NCBI GenBank assembly: GCA_964016885.1
Contig: OZ024743.1
Location: forward strand, 287,742,001-287,806,000
DNA length: 64,000 nt
DNA from: Eledone cirrhosa
Lineage: Eukaryota
Direction of reading: 5' to 3'
Positions within the stretch are counted from its first letter, which is position 1, and each line of letters opens with the position of its first letter. Of the stretch, positions 41,967 through 56,629 are shown in pieces. Under the pieces are notes generated by a model. That model did no database searches, was not told the origin of the DNA, and saw only the letters and a list, made by a program, of their open reading frames with translations. The position numbers and the translations under genes are program-made.

Positions 41967-42189
41967 ATATCTATCTGTCCATTTATCTATCTTTCTATCT
42001 TTACCCCCCCCCCCTCTCTCTCTCTCTATATATATATATTTATATATATATATTTACGTTTTCTTGGGGGACACAAACACACGCACGTTGGGTTTTAGGT
42101 TTAGTTGGAACATACTCAAAAGATTTTTGCTTTGATATTGATACACCATGAGATACAATGTCTAAAAAATACTAATTCTGCCGAGAAAA

Positions 42190-42540
42190 AGGTTTTCATC
42201 CGTTAACGCGAGACTCTGAAGCAACGACTGTCACGCCTAGAAATGGATTATGTTGCTAAGAAAAGAAGTGTGCATGAGAGCGTATGTGGCTTTCAAAGAC
42301 ACGTGTAAAAAATGTAGCTCCTAGTACATCGGAAGTATCGTCCGGATGCTGCACATACGGATGAAGGAGCACTTAACAACGAGGGCTTCTGTAAAAAGGA
42401 TCTTAACAGATGCCGCAGCCAAAACACTGAGGTCGACATAGAAGCGACGTAAAAGAATGTGGGCAAATTAAGAATCAAATACGTCATTATCATCAATCAG
42501 AAAACCCACAGATAAATAATAGATTGGAAATGCCCGAAGC
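42190..42540 (+). pseudogene. Old GIY-YIG endonuclease fragment of a second Penelope-like lineage
   Basis: TCKKCSS*YIGSIVRMLHIRMKEHL..IEA..KLRIK..QINNRLE. Confidence 0.6.
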
Positions 42541-42793
42541 AGATAGGTTACTATAACGATTTCATGCATCCGTATTTCAGACATGTAGACCAGTTAAGGA
42601 AGAATACAGCGATCGTTCGTTTTAGTTTAGAACCATTTCCGTTTATCATTTAAATTTAGGGTATTAACCCTGAAATATCATGTTGATGTATACTGAGTAA
42701 AACATTGTTTTTTTTTTTTTTATTTGCCATCCTTTGGCCCTTTATGTATTTCTGCCGCATTGTACCGACTTTTTGAAACTTATAAGTGATGTT

Positions 42794-42978
42794 ATGGATT
42801 GGCAGTATCGGTAAAGAGTCGGACACCATGCTTTGCAGTATAGTTGCGGCCCTTCACGGTCTGAGTTCAAATCCCGCCGAGGTTAACTTTGCCTTTCATC
42901 CTTACAGGGTCGATAAAATAAAGTACCAGTAATGCACTGGGTAATTGCTGGCCTTGTGCCAAAAACGTAGAAACAATT
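42794..42978 (+). mobile_element. SINE family S
   Basis: Homology to 15128-15318. Confidence 0.8.
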
Positions 42979-43013
42979 ATATTATATTATATTATATTAT
43001 ATTATATATATAT

Positions 43014-43204
43014 AACAAAGAGGGTGTGGTAAGATACCAAGTATACCATAACGCACCAGAGTACTCAATACTTAGGGTAGTAGAGTGGGTAATAGGAAAA
43101 GAGTCAGGACTCCGACAGCTGACCTCAGGCCGTTTCGACAGCTAGATCGGATCTAGCTGTCGAAACGGCCGGAGCTAAGCCGTCGGGGTCCTGACTCTTT
43201 TCCT
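43014..43204. mobile_element. Family E mini-foldback (long end left, short end right)
   Basis: Centre ctagatcggatctag at ~43149. Confidence 0.85.
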
Positions 43205-43828
43205 ATATATATATATATATATATATATATACGCGAGTGAGTGTGTGTGTGTACTATTAACATAGATTAACAGTATTAGCAAACAATGTTTGCGAACGGA
43301 ACATGTAAGTATATGTTTTCATTTTATTCTTCTTCTTTACATCTTTGTTTTATTTCTATCTCTTTTCCTAATAATCTCTCTGTCATTATCATTGCTATAA
43401 CCTCGCTCTCCCAATAAGATAGTGATTCGAATCTTAGCTTGCTCAGCTTTGACGGATCTTGTAAAGGTTGCTTCTCATTTATTAGTATGACACCTTAATA
43501 TCAAAACATTTCTTACGTAGGAGATGTTATTTTATCTCCTAAATCTATGTAGTTTCATACGTTTTTAATCGTTTCTCAAGATCCCACTGTATAATTTGTT
43601 TAACGTATATAGAGATATTTTTTCTATCTTCTCCTTGCTCTTGCTCGGCGAGGCCGGGGTCATCCTTATTTGCCTTTGTAAATATAAAAAAATAAAATGT
43701 TTTACATTTACATTTATTTTGTGGATTTAATTCTTCATATAGTGGTATCTTACTAGAAAGAGAAATTTATCCCTATCTATTGTTAATTTCTACAGATGGT
43801 AAAACGTATATATATATATATATATATA

Positions 43829-44373
43829 TTGTTATACTTGGGGAGGGTCATATTGTTGTAATAATATTGCCAGAAATAATAACAGAACACACTCACTGTT
43901 TGGTTGGTTTTCGCTTCTGTATCTTTTATATCTCCACAGTTAATTCATTTGGCCATCAATATTTATCACTGACTGACCAATCGTCAAAAATACAGATATA
44001 AATACACATATATATATATATAGTCTAACAAAGTTCTATCGTTGCACATCTGCAACATCATCAGCAGGGGAAACATGATAATAGTACCACTGATGATGTT
44101 GCAGATGTGCAGCGAAAGAACTTTGTTAGACTATACATATGTATTTATATCTGTATTTTTGACCGTTGGTCAGTCAGTAATAAACATTGATGGCCAAATG
44201 AATTAACTATGGAGACATAAAAGATACAGAAGCGAAAACCAACTAAACAGTGAGTGTGTTCTGTTATTATTTCTGGCAATATTATTACAACAATATGACC
44301 CTCCCCAAGTATAACAATATTTGTTTCGACACACGATTTCATATCAAAAACCTTGCAAAACAAATTCATCGCC

Positions 44374-44374
<1 letters not shown>
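43829..44374. mobile_element. Family D foldback, TA-flanked, with HHR-like core
   Basis: ~235-bp inverted arms centred ~44070; CTGATGA-tgttgca gatg tgcagc-GAAA at ~44090-44117, stems I/III not resolved. Confidence 0.85.
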
Positions 44375-44421
<47 letters not shown>

Positions 44422-44426
<5 letters not shown>

Positions 44427-44763
44427 AAAGAATAGAGGTGTAACACACAAGTTATTATATATTGGTAAACGGAATAGAAAATGCTGACAAATTGTTCACA
44501 GTTGAAAAATGGTTTAATTAGGAATAAAAGAGTATTAGTGATTGTATGGGTTAGTATTCAGTTGTGGTTTAAAGTTTTTAAGTTTTTACCGGTTGCGCAT
44601 TTCTAAATGCTTTTCAAAAATAATTTTGAGATAGAGTGTCCGTGCTGTTAAAAACTTTAAACCACAACTGAATACTAACCCATACAATCACTAATACTCT
44701 TTTATTCCTAATTAAACCATTTTTCAACTGTGAACAATTTGTCAGCATTTTCTATTCCGTTTA

Positions 44764-44768
<5 letters not shown>
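44422..44768. mobile_element. Family F foldback, TA-flanked
   Basis: ~44459-44580 is the inverse of ~44648-44769. Confidence 0.85.
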
Positions 44769-44807
<39 letters not shown>

Positions 44808-44810
<3 letters not shown>

Positions 44811-45005
44811 AACCATCTAGTTGTGGAACCAACCAACCAACCGGAAATTTATAAATTCCTAAATTTATAAATTTATTATAATAAATTGAAGTGAAAGCAA
44901 CTGGTGCATGTGTTTCTTATTGGCAACACGACCCTCCCAAAGTATAACAATATCGGTTTCAACACACGTTTTCAGATAAAGAATCTTGGTAAACAAATTC
45001 AGAAA

Positions 45006-45008
<3 letters not shown>
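44808..45008 (+). mobile_element. Family D-related 3' fragment between (TA)n runs
   Basis: Shares gaccctccc..aagtataacaatat..aaacaaattca with 44298-44370. Confidence 0.6.
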
Positions 45009-45045
<37 letters not shown>

Positions 45046-45047
<2 letters not shown>

Positions 45048-45654
45048 TGGCTGCCAACTCGTTTTCGAGTACGGCCACTACTTCATATCCATGTAGGAGA
45101 ACCCCTACTGATGCGCTGAACGAGTGTGACTTTTTAGTCCAGCCAGCGACTTGAAAACTCTGGTACAAACACTGCACTTGTGACAATTATTGACACATAG
45201 TGCCAGGCCCATGGTACCATGTGACGACATGTGCAGAGAGATCTCCAGATATAAAGCAATGCCTGTGCCGTGAAGCTTTTATAGTGAGCAAAGGCACTGC
45301 ACAAAGCCAGTCCAACTCTCTTAACTAAGATGATATTTACCAAAAAGAAGAACAAGTCAACATCATTGGATACCATCAGAGTTGCAGGTGTTATATCAGA
45401 GTTTTCCTTCTCCTAGAATTCTGCCTTGACAAAGGCTAAGAGGTTATCTCTCCCGGTGATTTTGGATGGCCATTGACTCTTAAGAGCTCCTTTGCCCTTT
45501 GACAGGTTTTTTTTTTAGTCCTGCAGGATGTCCAAAGTCACCTTCCTCACCAAGAAATCTTGGTAGGGTTGCCAGTTTAGTCGCCAATGACCCGACCATG
45601 AGACAGGTTGTACTGGGATACATGTTACCAGTAGCACCAACTGGTGACCTGGCA

Positions 45655-45655
<1 letters not shown>
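45046..45655 (-). mobile_element. Family A full-length copy (~610 bp) between (TA)n runs
   Basis: Matches 1-571 and 8215-8764. Confidence 0.8.
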
Positions 45656-45695
<40 letters not shown>

Positions 45696-45958
45696 TAAAA
45701 TAACAGATTAAAGTTTAAGCAAAGAATCGGTGCTTTCACCCTTAACGGGATCTTCTGAAACTTATCGAGCCCTCTTTGGATTTTAGTCTTCAAATTTATT
45801 ATTATTACTATATATACATATGTGCATGTATATATATGTGTGTAAACATATATATATATACTATATACGTAAACACCCTCACCTCCCCACACTCACGCAC
45901 ACACACACGCGCACGCAAACACACACGCACACACACACACACGCACGCAAACACACAC

Positions 45959-46026
<68 letters not shown>

Positions 46027-46635
46027 ACAGACACACACACACAGACATACACACACACACACACACAAACATATACACACACACACATATATATGTATGT
46101 ACATACACAACTTTGTGTCTATGAATGCTCGTCTGAAATAGACATATAAAGAGAAAAGATGAACTAGAAAAAATGGAGATGAATAGAGTGTGGAGGACGA
46201 TACATTTATTACATATATTTTTTACTACCATTTTTTTCTCTTTCTTCGCAACGGTATGTTGCTCATAATCGTCGTTTATAGTCAATCCATTCGCCATTAG
46301 GACACAGTATTGTATAGAGTTAGAAGCCATTAAGTCTCTATAATAATTGTCATAGTCGGCAAATATAAATAAACATTGTCGATTATAATATACCTTGTAA
46401 TTGCCTCGTAAACATGTAAATCGCTTTCGTAATGCTTAATAACTAGCTTTGACTTCTGTAGATTCTTCTTCAAGTTAAGAAAAAATTTTCGTTCCGTTCT
46501 GTTCCGTTTCGGCGTTTTAATATAAAGGAGAAGAAAAAGGAAACGAAAAAAGAAAAGAGAAATAAATGTAAAGAGAAACAAAACATATTTGTTTTAGCGT
46601 AACAGCTAACACTTTGATAAAAAAAAAGCATATTC

Positions 46636-47170
46636 GATGATGATGATGATGATAATTATGATTATGATGGTGATGGTGGTGCTGGGGTGGTAGCTTTGGT
46701 GGTAATGGTGATGGTATGGCTCTGATGGTGGTGTTGATGGGTGCTTGTGGTATTTGTGCTGTTAGTGGTGGTGCTGGTGTTGCTAGTTGTTATGCTGGTG
46801 GTGGCGGTAGTGGTCGTGGTCGTGGTTGTGGTGGCAATGTTGGTGCTGGTGGAAGTTGCGGTGGCGATAGTATTGGTGTTGATAATGGTTATGTTGTTGG
46901 TGGTGGTGGTGGTGGTGGTGCTACTGCTGGTTGTGATGCTTGTGGTGGTGATAGTGATGATGGTGGTGGTGGTGCTGCTGCTTGTAGTGCTTGTGGTGGT
47001 GATAGTGATGATGGCGGCGGTGGTGGTGCTGCTGGTTGTGGTGGTGATAGTGATGATGGTGGTGATGGTGCTGCTGCTTGTAGTGCTTGTGGTGGTGATA
47101 GTGATGATGGTGGTGGTGGTGGTGCTGCTGGTGGTGGTGGTGATAGTGATGATGGTGAAGCGGAGGTGGA
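46636..47170. repeat. (GGT/GAT)n low-complexity tract
   Basis: Degenerate trinucleotide repeat with local duplications. Confidence 0.9.
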
Positions 47171-49515
47171 TAAATTGGATGAAAATGCAAATACCATGTA
47201 GTCTCGGAATTAGGTTTTGTATTTAGAAGAAAAGAAAGAAAAATAGGATTTGAAATGATATCAAAGAGGATGACATGATTGTTAAAAGCAAAGCTCAATG
47301 TCTGCCATCTTATTGATGTTACAGCTAATAGCTAGGGTGAGAGCATTAGTGCGATACAGTACAGCAGTCGTTAATTGGGATCAAGCGGAAATAGATATAT
47401 GTTAGAAATATTATCACAAACTATGGAAGCCTTCAGCCAAGATTCAATGTGGTATGCCGTTATATCACCGAATAATCTGTTGGGAGATTAGATTTAATGC
47501 GCGTTGAGCTATGTGAAACAAAGTAAGACTGAATTTATATTTAGCAAATGATTGAAGAATAATTATTTCACACTGTAGAATCATGAAGAACGATTGGCAT
47601 CATAGTATAAGAAAGAACGTGGCCTAGTCATTAGTATGTTAGAGTTAAGAACAAAATGCCAAGGGTTTGGTTCCTAGAATGAGTGGCACGTTATGTCTCT
47701 GAGCAAGGTATTTCATTTCATCACATTGCTCCAGCTAAAAATGAGTACCAACAGCAGCAGCAGCAACTGGGAGTTAGTCATGGACAGGAAGACGTCTTGT
47801 ATTTTACTCTGTTGTTTAAGACCATATGAAACTAAAATGAGCTCTGATCTTCGTCCAACCCATATATGCATGGAAAACCGGACAGACAACGGATGACTCT
47901 CTCTTTCTCACATGTTCTTTCTCAGTCATTATGTTACAAAGGGTGAGTTGTAATTGACGATATGAGGAAAATATACCCCGCCCGGAAAACTTTAAAGGAG
48001 CTAAAGTCCGTTAAAGGAGCTAAAGGAGCTAATTCTTGAATTAGTTTGATTTTAGTGACAGAAGGTGAATTTAACCTACGTGAACAATGGTTGCAAAATT
48101 CATAAAGTGTGTCTGGTAGTGACATTAAGCCAGTTTATCAAGTAGCTTATCCTGAATGTGGTCTACAATGTGTGTGCAGCACCGTCATAGTGTGGGGAAA
48201 CAGTACACCGTTATGGGCCTCATCTGTTCAAGTTAAAAATCATCCATATTACGAAACGTTATATATCTTACAATTAAACATGCTTTGCGGCATAGAGTTA
48301 AATCTCTATATGTTCTGCGTTCAAATCACTCCGAGGTTAGCTTTGCCTTTCATCCTCACGGGGTCGCTTTAATCGACTTTCCTCTCCTCAAAATTTGTTG
48401 GTCTTGTACCTAAATCAGAAACCATTAATTAGCCCTTTTACTACCGTATTTCTAAAGAAATTATCTGTCCATGTGTTTCAAATCATTTTGAAAATAAATA
48501 CAAATTTGGAGGAATTTAATAAAATAATTAAGGTCTTCATTAGTAATATGATATTTAGAACATTACTTTACAAAAATGGCTAAAATAAAATTATGAAAAA
48601 TTTGAATTAAGGATAAGTGAGCAGATTTGTATCATAAGTGCGTGGTGGTATCAGGCGATTTGGTATCAAATGGATTAATAGCTTACTACAATATATAATC
48701 TTGGGTCTCAAATAATCGTCCATCCTCTACTTATCAATTTTTCACATTTTTTCCACCCGACCCACTTATTAAATACCATTTTAAGTAGTAGTATTTCTGC
48801 GACAATTAATATTCTTTATAAATTAAAAAAACATTATACATGACACAAAAAGTAGATTACTAGAAATCTCATACGTTATAAAATAGATAGGATGGATTGG
48901 AGTCTCAATATATAAACTAAACGACTAATTCTGTTTTTTTTTAAAATCTACTGAGACAACCTAGAAAATTTAACGATTTTCCATCCCAACCCCGCTTATT
49001 CCCTCCCCTCTCTAAATTTTAATTCTACTTTTAAGTTGAGCCAACTTACACAACTCCATATGCAAATGTGGCTAATCAGCCCACCTACACAGGCAAAAGA
49101 AAACAAAAAACTATATAGTTTCGCCAGTTTCAAGTGCCAGAAGAGAGTAGGGGAAGCACTGTCCCGATGAGGAGCAGAACTTGAAATGCGCATAGACAGT
49201 TGTTCCCCACTGCTTCTGCTGGAAACCGCTAGACGTCAGCCTTTCAATATTCATAGCTAAGCTTTCAAAATGTCTATTTATTAAATATACCGTATATCTT
49301 TAGATATACGTAATTCACACACACACACACAATGCACCATCTGATAATATAAAGATAAGTTTAAGTTCATCAATACAGTAACTTTGACTTTGAAAAGCTG
49401 TCAGATATCTTTGCTGTAGTGGTTGTCTCGTAGAAAAGATACATGGTTCGATTCCTATAGGCGATTCTGTCATTTTGTTTCCGTTAAATTTTGCATGCAT
49501 ACACTTATTTATTAA

Positions 49516-49583
<68 letters not shown>

Positions 49584-50151
49584 ATAGATATGTATATTCG
49601 TATGTGCTGAAGTTTGCGTTATTAATTACCACACTAACAGTAGCAATAATAGCACCAATATGAGAAAAAGCAGCAACAACAACAACAATAACAACAACAA
49701 CAGCAACAACAACAAGAGCAACAACAAATTACAGCGTAGTAAGTGCAACAAGAACATTAAAATAATGACAAGACTATATTTAATCTTTGATAACACGACA
49801 CCACATCACCGCCACTAACAGCAATAACACCACCACCACCACCACCATCACCACCCATTATAACCCTTTTCGAGTGCATCGCTTTTATTGCCTCTATTTT
49901 CGCAAGTTTCGCTAGTATGTCTTGGATGAAGAAAAGCAGTGCGTTTAGGTTTGCGAGGGAGGGGGGAAAGCAGGGTTCGGTCAGGGGGATTACATTAGTC
50001 AACCAGGTACAAATGTATTTTGTTGACGTTTTTACAAGACAAGAATGTTGCTAGAGTTGTTTTTAAAACTGATTGCTTTGGACAATTTCGTCTGGTTGTG
50101 GTTGTGGTGGCGAAACTATTTATTTGGAATGTCGACAGAAGACGAATCACA

Positions 50152-50607
50152 TGTGTATGTATGTATGTATGTATGTATGTATGTATGTATGTATGTATGT
50201 ATGTATGTATGTATGTATGTATGTATGTATGTACGTATGTATGTATGTATGTATGTATGTATGTATGTACGTATGTACGTATGTATGTATGTATGTATGT
50301 ATGTATGTATGTATGTATGTATGTATGTATGTATGTATGTATGTACGTATGTATGTATGTATGTATGTACCTATGTATGTACGTACGTATGTATGTATGT
50401 ATGTATGTATGTATGTATGTATGTATGTATGTATGTATGTATGTATGTATGTACGTATGTATGTATGTACGTACGTATGTATGTATGTATGTATGTATGT
50501 ATGTATGTATGTATGTATGTATGTATGTACGTATGTACGTACGTATGTACGTATGTATGTATGTATGTACGTACGTATGTATGTACGTATGTATGTATGT
50601 ATGTATT
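50152..50607. repeat. Long (ATGT/ACGT)n tetranucleotide satellite
   Basis: Seen directly. Confidence 0.95.
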
Positions 50608-50672
50608 TACATAGATGCATATATACTTAGATACATAGATACATACACCTGATATATAATACATATGAAAGG

Positions 50673-50763
<91 letters not shown>

Positions 50764-51056
50764 CATATATATATACATGGTGGGCGCGTAAGGTGTGTGT
50801 GTACGAGGGTGTATATGTATGGTGTCAGTGTATAAACCTACCTTAAATAAACGACTGGACAGACATAGAAGTTGTGTCTGGATATATGACAGGCGTTTAA
50901 TTTCTTCTGAGGATAAGTGGCATAACAGATAGCAACACCAACAATAACTAGGATTATAATGATAATAATAATAGTAATAATAATAATAATAATAGTAGCA
51001 GTCATGATAATAAGGTTAATTTTTATTACTATATTATTATTCATTATTAGGATTCT

Positions 51057-51308
51057 TGCTTTTTAGCATAGTTACGTCCCTTTACGGTTTGAGTTCAAAT
51101 CCCGTCGAGGTTAACTTTGCCTTTCATCCTTACGGGGTCGATAAAATAAAGTACCAGTAATGTACTGGTTAATTGCTGGCCTTGTGCCTAAAGTAGAAAC
51201 AATTATTAGGATTCTTTTAAATGTCAACGCATCATTTTTGTGATCATGTCATACTTACATTTGCTTGTGACTATACACACGCATACACACACGACTATAT
51301 GTATGCGC

Positions 51309-51374
<66 letters not shown>

Positions 51375-51565
51375 TCATCATCATCATCATCATCATCGTT
51401 TAACGTCCATATTCCACGCTTGCATATATACATATATATAAAATAATTGTTTCTACTTTTGGCACAAGGCCAGCAATTACCCAGTACATTACTGGTACTT
51501 TATTTTATCAACCCCGTAAGGATGAAAGGAAAAGTTGACCTCGGCGGGATTTGAACTCAGATTGT
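51057..51565. mobile_element. Two partial SINE S copies in convergent orientation (51057-51204 plus, 51445-51565 minus)
   Basis: Homology to family S. Confidence 0.75.
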
Positions 51566-51753
51566 AAAATAATAGTATTAACACGGGATTAAATCACCAC
51601 AATTGTTTATTGCATTATATATATTTCTGTTACATGGTTATTCATGTGACTTCGTCAGATTCTTACGCAATCATTTGTGTAGTTATGCAATCATTGTAAT
51701 ATACACGTCCATCCAGTATTGAAGTGGTTCGGTATATATAATACACATATTAG

Positions 51754-51803
<50 letters not shown>

Positions 51804-51844
51804 GTTGGTGCAATCGTGGTTACACACTCTATAAAGATATACGG

Positions 51845-52195
51845 ATCCTATCAGAAGCAACTGTCTCCATCCCCATCCCATCTGGCAGCATCCCCAAGAG
51901 AGACCAACCAAGCTCAAGGATGTTATCCAATAACCTTGCTCGGGGTCTACACCTAGGTTATCTGCCGGTTGGTTTTGCCCCTAAAATCTGTATGGCTATT
52001 CTTTCCTAAGACATTCTAACCACATGTCCTTAATATCGGATTTGCGATCGCTCAATTCTGTAGCAGCTTTACAAGGAGCAACTATTATCCCCGAGCTACT
52101 CACTCTATCGTGTAACATTACTCATGAGACCCTTCGTAGGAACCTCATTTCGACCGATTGTATTCGCGATCATATTCTTTCGGTCATTACCGAAG
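51845..52195 (-). pseudogene. Decayed RTE LINE 3' fragment related to 31285-32265
   Basis: VMTERI*SRIQSVEMRFLRRV..GHVVRMS..KPTGR*PRCRPR on the minus strand. Confidence 0.75.
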
Positions 52196-52585
52196 AGCAA
52201 TCCCAGACCAACAGCGGTAAACTATTAGGGGAGATGAAGCAATAGGTGACACTGTTCGCTCCCAGGAAAACTCACACAATCTAGTAATGTCGCTACAACG
52301 GATCAAGTACAAGCCGCCTCTAAAGAAGCCATATCATTGCAGGTCTGAGAAAAGTAGCAGATTGGTTACTGGCGTTAATGAGACCACCAAAACACAGCAA
52401 TATGTCTGGAAACAGTAAAGACATCTATTCTGCATCCCCCTTGCAGCAGGATACCAATATATAAAATATATATATATATATATACCAATATATAAAATAT
52501 ATATATTCATATATATGTACATAAATGAATGGACTTATGCATATTGTTATGTTTATACGGTTATACATTTGTATTTGTGTAATTG

Positions 52586-52653
<68 letters not shown>

Positions 52654-52654
52654 T

Positions 52655-53190
52655 ACATTATAATAAATGTTCGGTGAATCCATACGTACATATATATATG
52701 TGTGCATGTATGTATATATATATACATACTACTGTACGTCGGTATACATATATGTATGTACGTGTACATACTTATATTTAAGTAACAGCCGTACTAAGAG
52801 TGGGAAATGAAATTTCGTTTCATTTTTTCCATTTATCGTTTTCGGTGCACTCGGCCGATTAACCTACTCGATATGCAAATTGGGCTGCTTAGCCGTTAAC
52901 ATGCATAAGGTAAGTATATACGTTCAACAATCTGGCAGGAAGGTATACGTTGCGGACGATAGCTAATAAGCTTGAAACTAGTACAGCGTTCCTTTGTCAG
53001 TGTTGAACAAACGAGCAACGATGGTTGCTGGACACTACTGCTTAATACGGGATGTTTGTTTACAAACACACCGAGCATTATAATAAATGTTCGGTGAATC
53101 CATACGTACATATATATATATGTGTGCATGTATGTATATATATACATACTACTGTATGTCTGTATACATATATGTATGTACGTGTACATA

Positions 53191-53193
<3 letters not shown>
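52655..53193 (+). repeat. Family L 420-bp unit, 1.3 tandem copies, TA-flanked, HHR with mutated core (CGGACGA) near 52947-52990
   Basis: cattataataaatgttcggtgaatcc at 52656 and 53076. Confidence 0.85.
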
Positions 53194-53273
<80 letters not shown>

Positions 53274-53276
<3 letters not shown>

Positions 53277-53464
53277 AACCAGTAAGACCCCGACAGCTGA
53301 GCTCAAGCCGTTTCGACGGCTAATTCTGGACTGAATTAGCCGTCGAAACGGCTTGAGCTCAGCTGTCGGGGTCTTACTGGTTCCTATTACCCACTCTACT
53401 ACCTCAAGTATTGAGTACTTTGGTGCGTTATGGTCCACCTGGTTCCTTACCACATTTCCTTCGT
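53274..53464. mobile_element. Family E mini-foldback
   Basis: Inverted arms centred ~53330; same two ends as 17121-17622. Confidence 0.9.
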
Positions 53465-53505
<41 letters not shown>

Positions 53506-53787
53506 TATGTTGAAAAATAAACCTCATTTGGTCATTCCATGAGAGTATCTTGGTCAGCCTACGAAGGAATGATGCTTGGGCTGTGAAATCTTGCATGAAT
53601 TAATTTCACAAAATCTGTGGATAAAATCTGTCTTGATTTTTTTAAATTGAGTTTGAATTATTTTCCCATATCTTACGTTAATTATTTTCGATTTTGACGT
53701 AATAGTCATTTATATATTATGAAATACTGTTGGCTTCTTGCTCACATTAATTTTTATATTTTCATATATATATATATATATATATAT

Positions 53788-54135
53788 TTAAAAGAATAGA
53801 AGTGTAACACACGAGTTGTGATATATTGTTAAAAGGAAAAGAAAATTCTGACAAATTGTTCCCAGTGAAAAATAGTTTAATTAGGAATAAGTAAAAATTA
53901 GTAATAAGTATTGATTAGTATTCAGTTTTAGTTTTAGTTTTAGTTTTAGAGCAAACATCACGGGCGCTCTATCTCAAAATTATTTTTGAAAAGCATTAGA
54001 AATGCGCAACCGGTAAAAACTTAAAACTAAAACTGAATACTAACCAATACTTATTACTAATTTATTCTTATTCCTAATTAAACTATTTTTCACTGGGAAC
54101 AATTTGTCAGCATTTTCTTTTCCTTTTACCAATAT
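53788..54135. mobile_element. Family F foldback
   Basis: ~53825-53945 is the inverse of ~54015-54134. Confidence 0.8.
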
Positions 54136-54137
54136 AA

Positions 54138-54171
<34 letters not shown>

Positions 54172-54175
<4 letters not shown>

Positions 54176-54244
54176 GGAAAAAATGAAACGAAATTTCATT
54201 TCCCACTCTTAGTACGGCTGTTACTTAAATATAAGTATGTACAC

Positions 54245-54250
<6 letters not shown>
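54172..54250 (-). mobile_element. Family L fragment
   Basis: Inverse of ~52757-52836. Confidence 0.7.
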
Positions 54251-54308
<58 letters not shown>

Positions 54309-54724
54309 GTGGAACACTGGAAAGTAATATCCGTAGTGGTAGAGCACTCAGTCCATGAGACGAGTTAGGTAGAAGTGGTTACACAACAGTTAGTTCACCA
54401 TACCGAGAACAATTGTTTCACCTTAGCGGATCCTTAGCTCGGAATGAGCATGGTTATAGGAACAGGAAGGACAACCGTACGAACGCGCATGCGCAGAAAC
54501 GCGGTCACTTCACACAGGCAATATTAGACTGCATGCGAGAGGTGTAAGGGAGATAGCTGTGAAAGTCCGAAAAGTTTTTAGGTTGAAAATATTTTTAGAA
54601 AGAATCAGTCCAGAGCCTTGTAGTTATGCAATAGGTGTTTGGCGACGTGTGGACAACGTGTGAAAAATTCATTTCTCGTGTTTAGGCAATCACTATTGCG
54701 TAATCTCTTTAGAATAGGTTGTGC

Positions 54725-55494
54725 TAGGCTGTGAGAAGCCGTGATAGCCAACGCCGTGTTATAGTAGGGTGCCACCCTGTCAAAGATAATCTTATTAGAG
54801 GAGAGGTTTGAGATTCCAGTACTGATATTCTTAACGAAGTTTCTAAAAACAGTGGGAGGGTGGCATGAGTCTTTGTGAATGTAATTGAGTTTCTCGTTTA
54901 GCTTATGGAAGGGTCTGTGGGTGTATGTGCGAAGGTCTAAATTAATGTCTAAGAAATCTACGCTAGAGAGGTTGGTGGCTACTGTTATCCTAAGTCTTAA
55001 CTCATTGAAGGTAGAAGCTAAGTCCTTTTTAAACCGGTCGAGGTCGTGACCACTTTTATGGCTCGATAAAGTCAGTTCATCGTTGCGGTATATTCCTGTG
55101 TGGAAGTCTGGGAATCTAACACGTAATATGTCTAAGATAAGTAGCCAACCAAGTCACATACGTCAGCACTGTCAAACGATCCCATGGAGACGTCGAATAG
55201 GTCTGAAGTTGTAGACTTCTTTGCCCAGGCTACTCCGTTGTTGAAGAGGAGGGTTTTCCGGCAGTGAGCGATGATTTCCCTGTCTAAACCATCGACGGTG
55301 GTATAAGTGGTAGCGAAGTCCAACGCTTTGTTTAATAGGGTCTCTGAGACCGACGGGTAAAAATCGACAATGTCAAACTGTGTGAACTTCGCTTTTTTGG
55401 ATTTTAAGGAGTTAAACCACTTAATTACGGAGTCGCTGTTCTCCCACTGGGGCAGGTTGCACTTGGTCCTAATGGTCTTAACTATGTTTCTAAG
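54725..55494 (-). pseudogene. Penelope-like reverse transcriptase fragment
   Basis: FTQFDIVDFYPSV..CRKTLLF..FDVSMGSFDSADVCDLVG, frameshift, then GIYRND (for YRDD)..VDFLDINLDL..YIHKDSCHPP. Confidence 0.9.
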
Positions 55495-55514
55495 TAAGCT
55501 AAACAAGAAACTCG

Positions 55515-56397
55515 TAAGCTAAACGAGAAACTCAATTACATTCACAAGGAGTCATGCCACCTCCAACTGTTTTTAGAAACTTCGTTAAGAATATCAGTAC
55601 TAGAATCTCAAACCTCTCCTCTAATAAGGCTATCTTTGACAGGGTGGCACCCTACTATAACACGGCGTTGGCTATCACGGCTTCTCACAACCTATCACTT
55701 ACTCTCCAACTAGCAACAACACCATTAAGAAAAGTAAGCGCAACAATAGACAAACTATTTGGTTCTTTCCTCCCTTCTCATTCAACGTTAAAACCAATGT
55801 AGGAAAAAAATGTCTAGCCCTCTTAGATAGACACTTTCCCATAGGTCATAAATACCGCTCTATCTTTAACCGACACAAAGTTAAACTAGGATACTCCTGC
55901 GCTAAGAACATGAAGGCCCACATCACCAGCAGCCCTAGGAGCAACACCCCACCAGGGTGCTCTTGCCGTAAGCCTGAAGCTTGCCCCCTTCAACAGCAAT
56001 GCAACACACCAGCTGTAATTTATGAAGCTGTGGTCACTTCCAACCGACCAAACGAACCACAGGAGGTCAAATCCTATGTGGGCATGGCGGAGGGCCGATT
56101 TAAGGAACGTTTCCCGAACCACAAGTCTACCTTCAGGTACCCGGACAGACGTTCATCCACGAAACTCGCGAGCACGTATGATCCCTCAAGGACTCAAGTA
56201 TAGACTACTCCATTCAATGGAAAGCCATCACTAAGTCCAAGCCATACGCAAGGGGAAATCCGACATGTATTGACGAACGAATAACTATTCTAAAGAGATT
56301 ATGCAATAGTGATTGCCTAAACACGAGAAATGAATTTTTTACACGTTGTCCACACGTCGCCAAACACCTATTGCATAACTACAAGGCTCTGGACTGA
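55515..56397 (+). pseudogene. Penelope-like RT thumb/linker plus GIY-YIG endonuclease, frameshifted
   Basis: [61 protein letters not shown]. Confidence 0.9.
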
Positions 56398-56558
56398 TTC
56401 TTTGTAAACTTTTTTTCAACCTAAAAACTTTTCGGACTTTCGCAGTTATTTCCCTTACACCTCTCGCACGCAGTCTAGTATTGCCTGTGTGAATGACCGG
56501 GTTACTGCGCATGCGCGTTCGTACGGTTGTCCTTCCTGTTCCTATAACCAAGCCCATT

Positions 56559-56601
56559 CCGAGCTGAGGATCCGCTAAGGTGAAGAAACATTTGTTCTCG
56601 G
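56559..56601 (+). ncRNA. pLTR hammerhead ribozyme (minus copy ~54403-54441)
   Basis: ccgag-CTGAGGA-tccgctaaggt..-GAAA-ca(a/t)ttg-TT-ctcgg. Confidence 0.7.
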
Positions 56602-56629
56602 TATGGTGAACTAACTGTTGTGTAACCAC

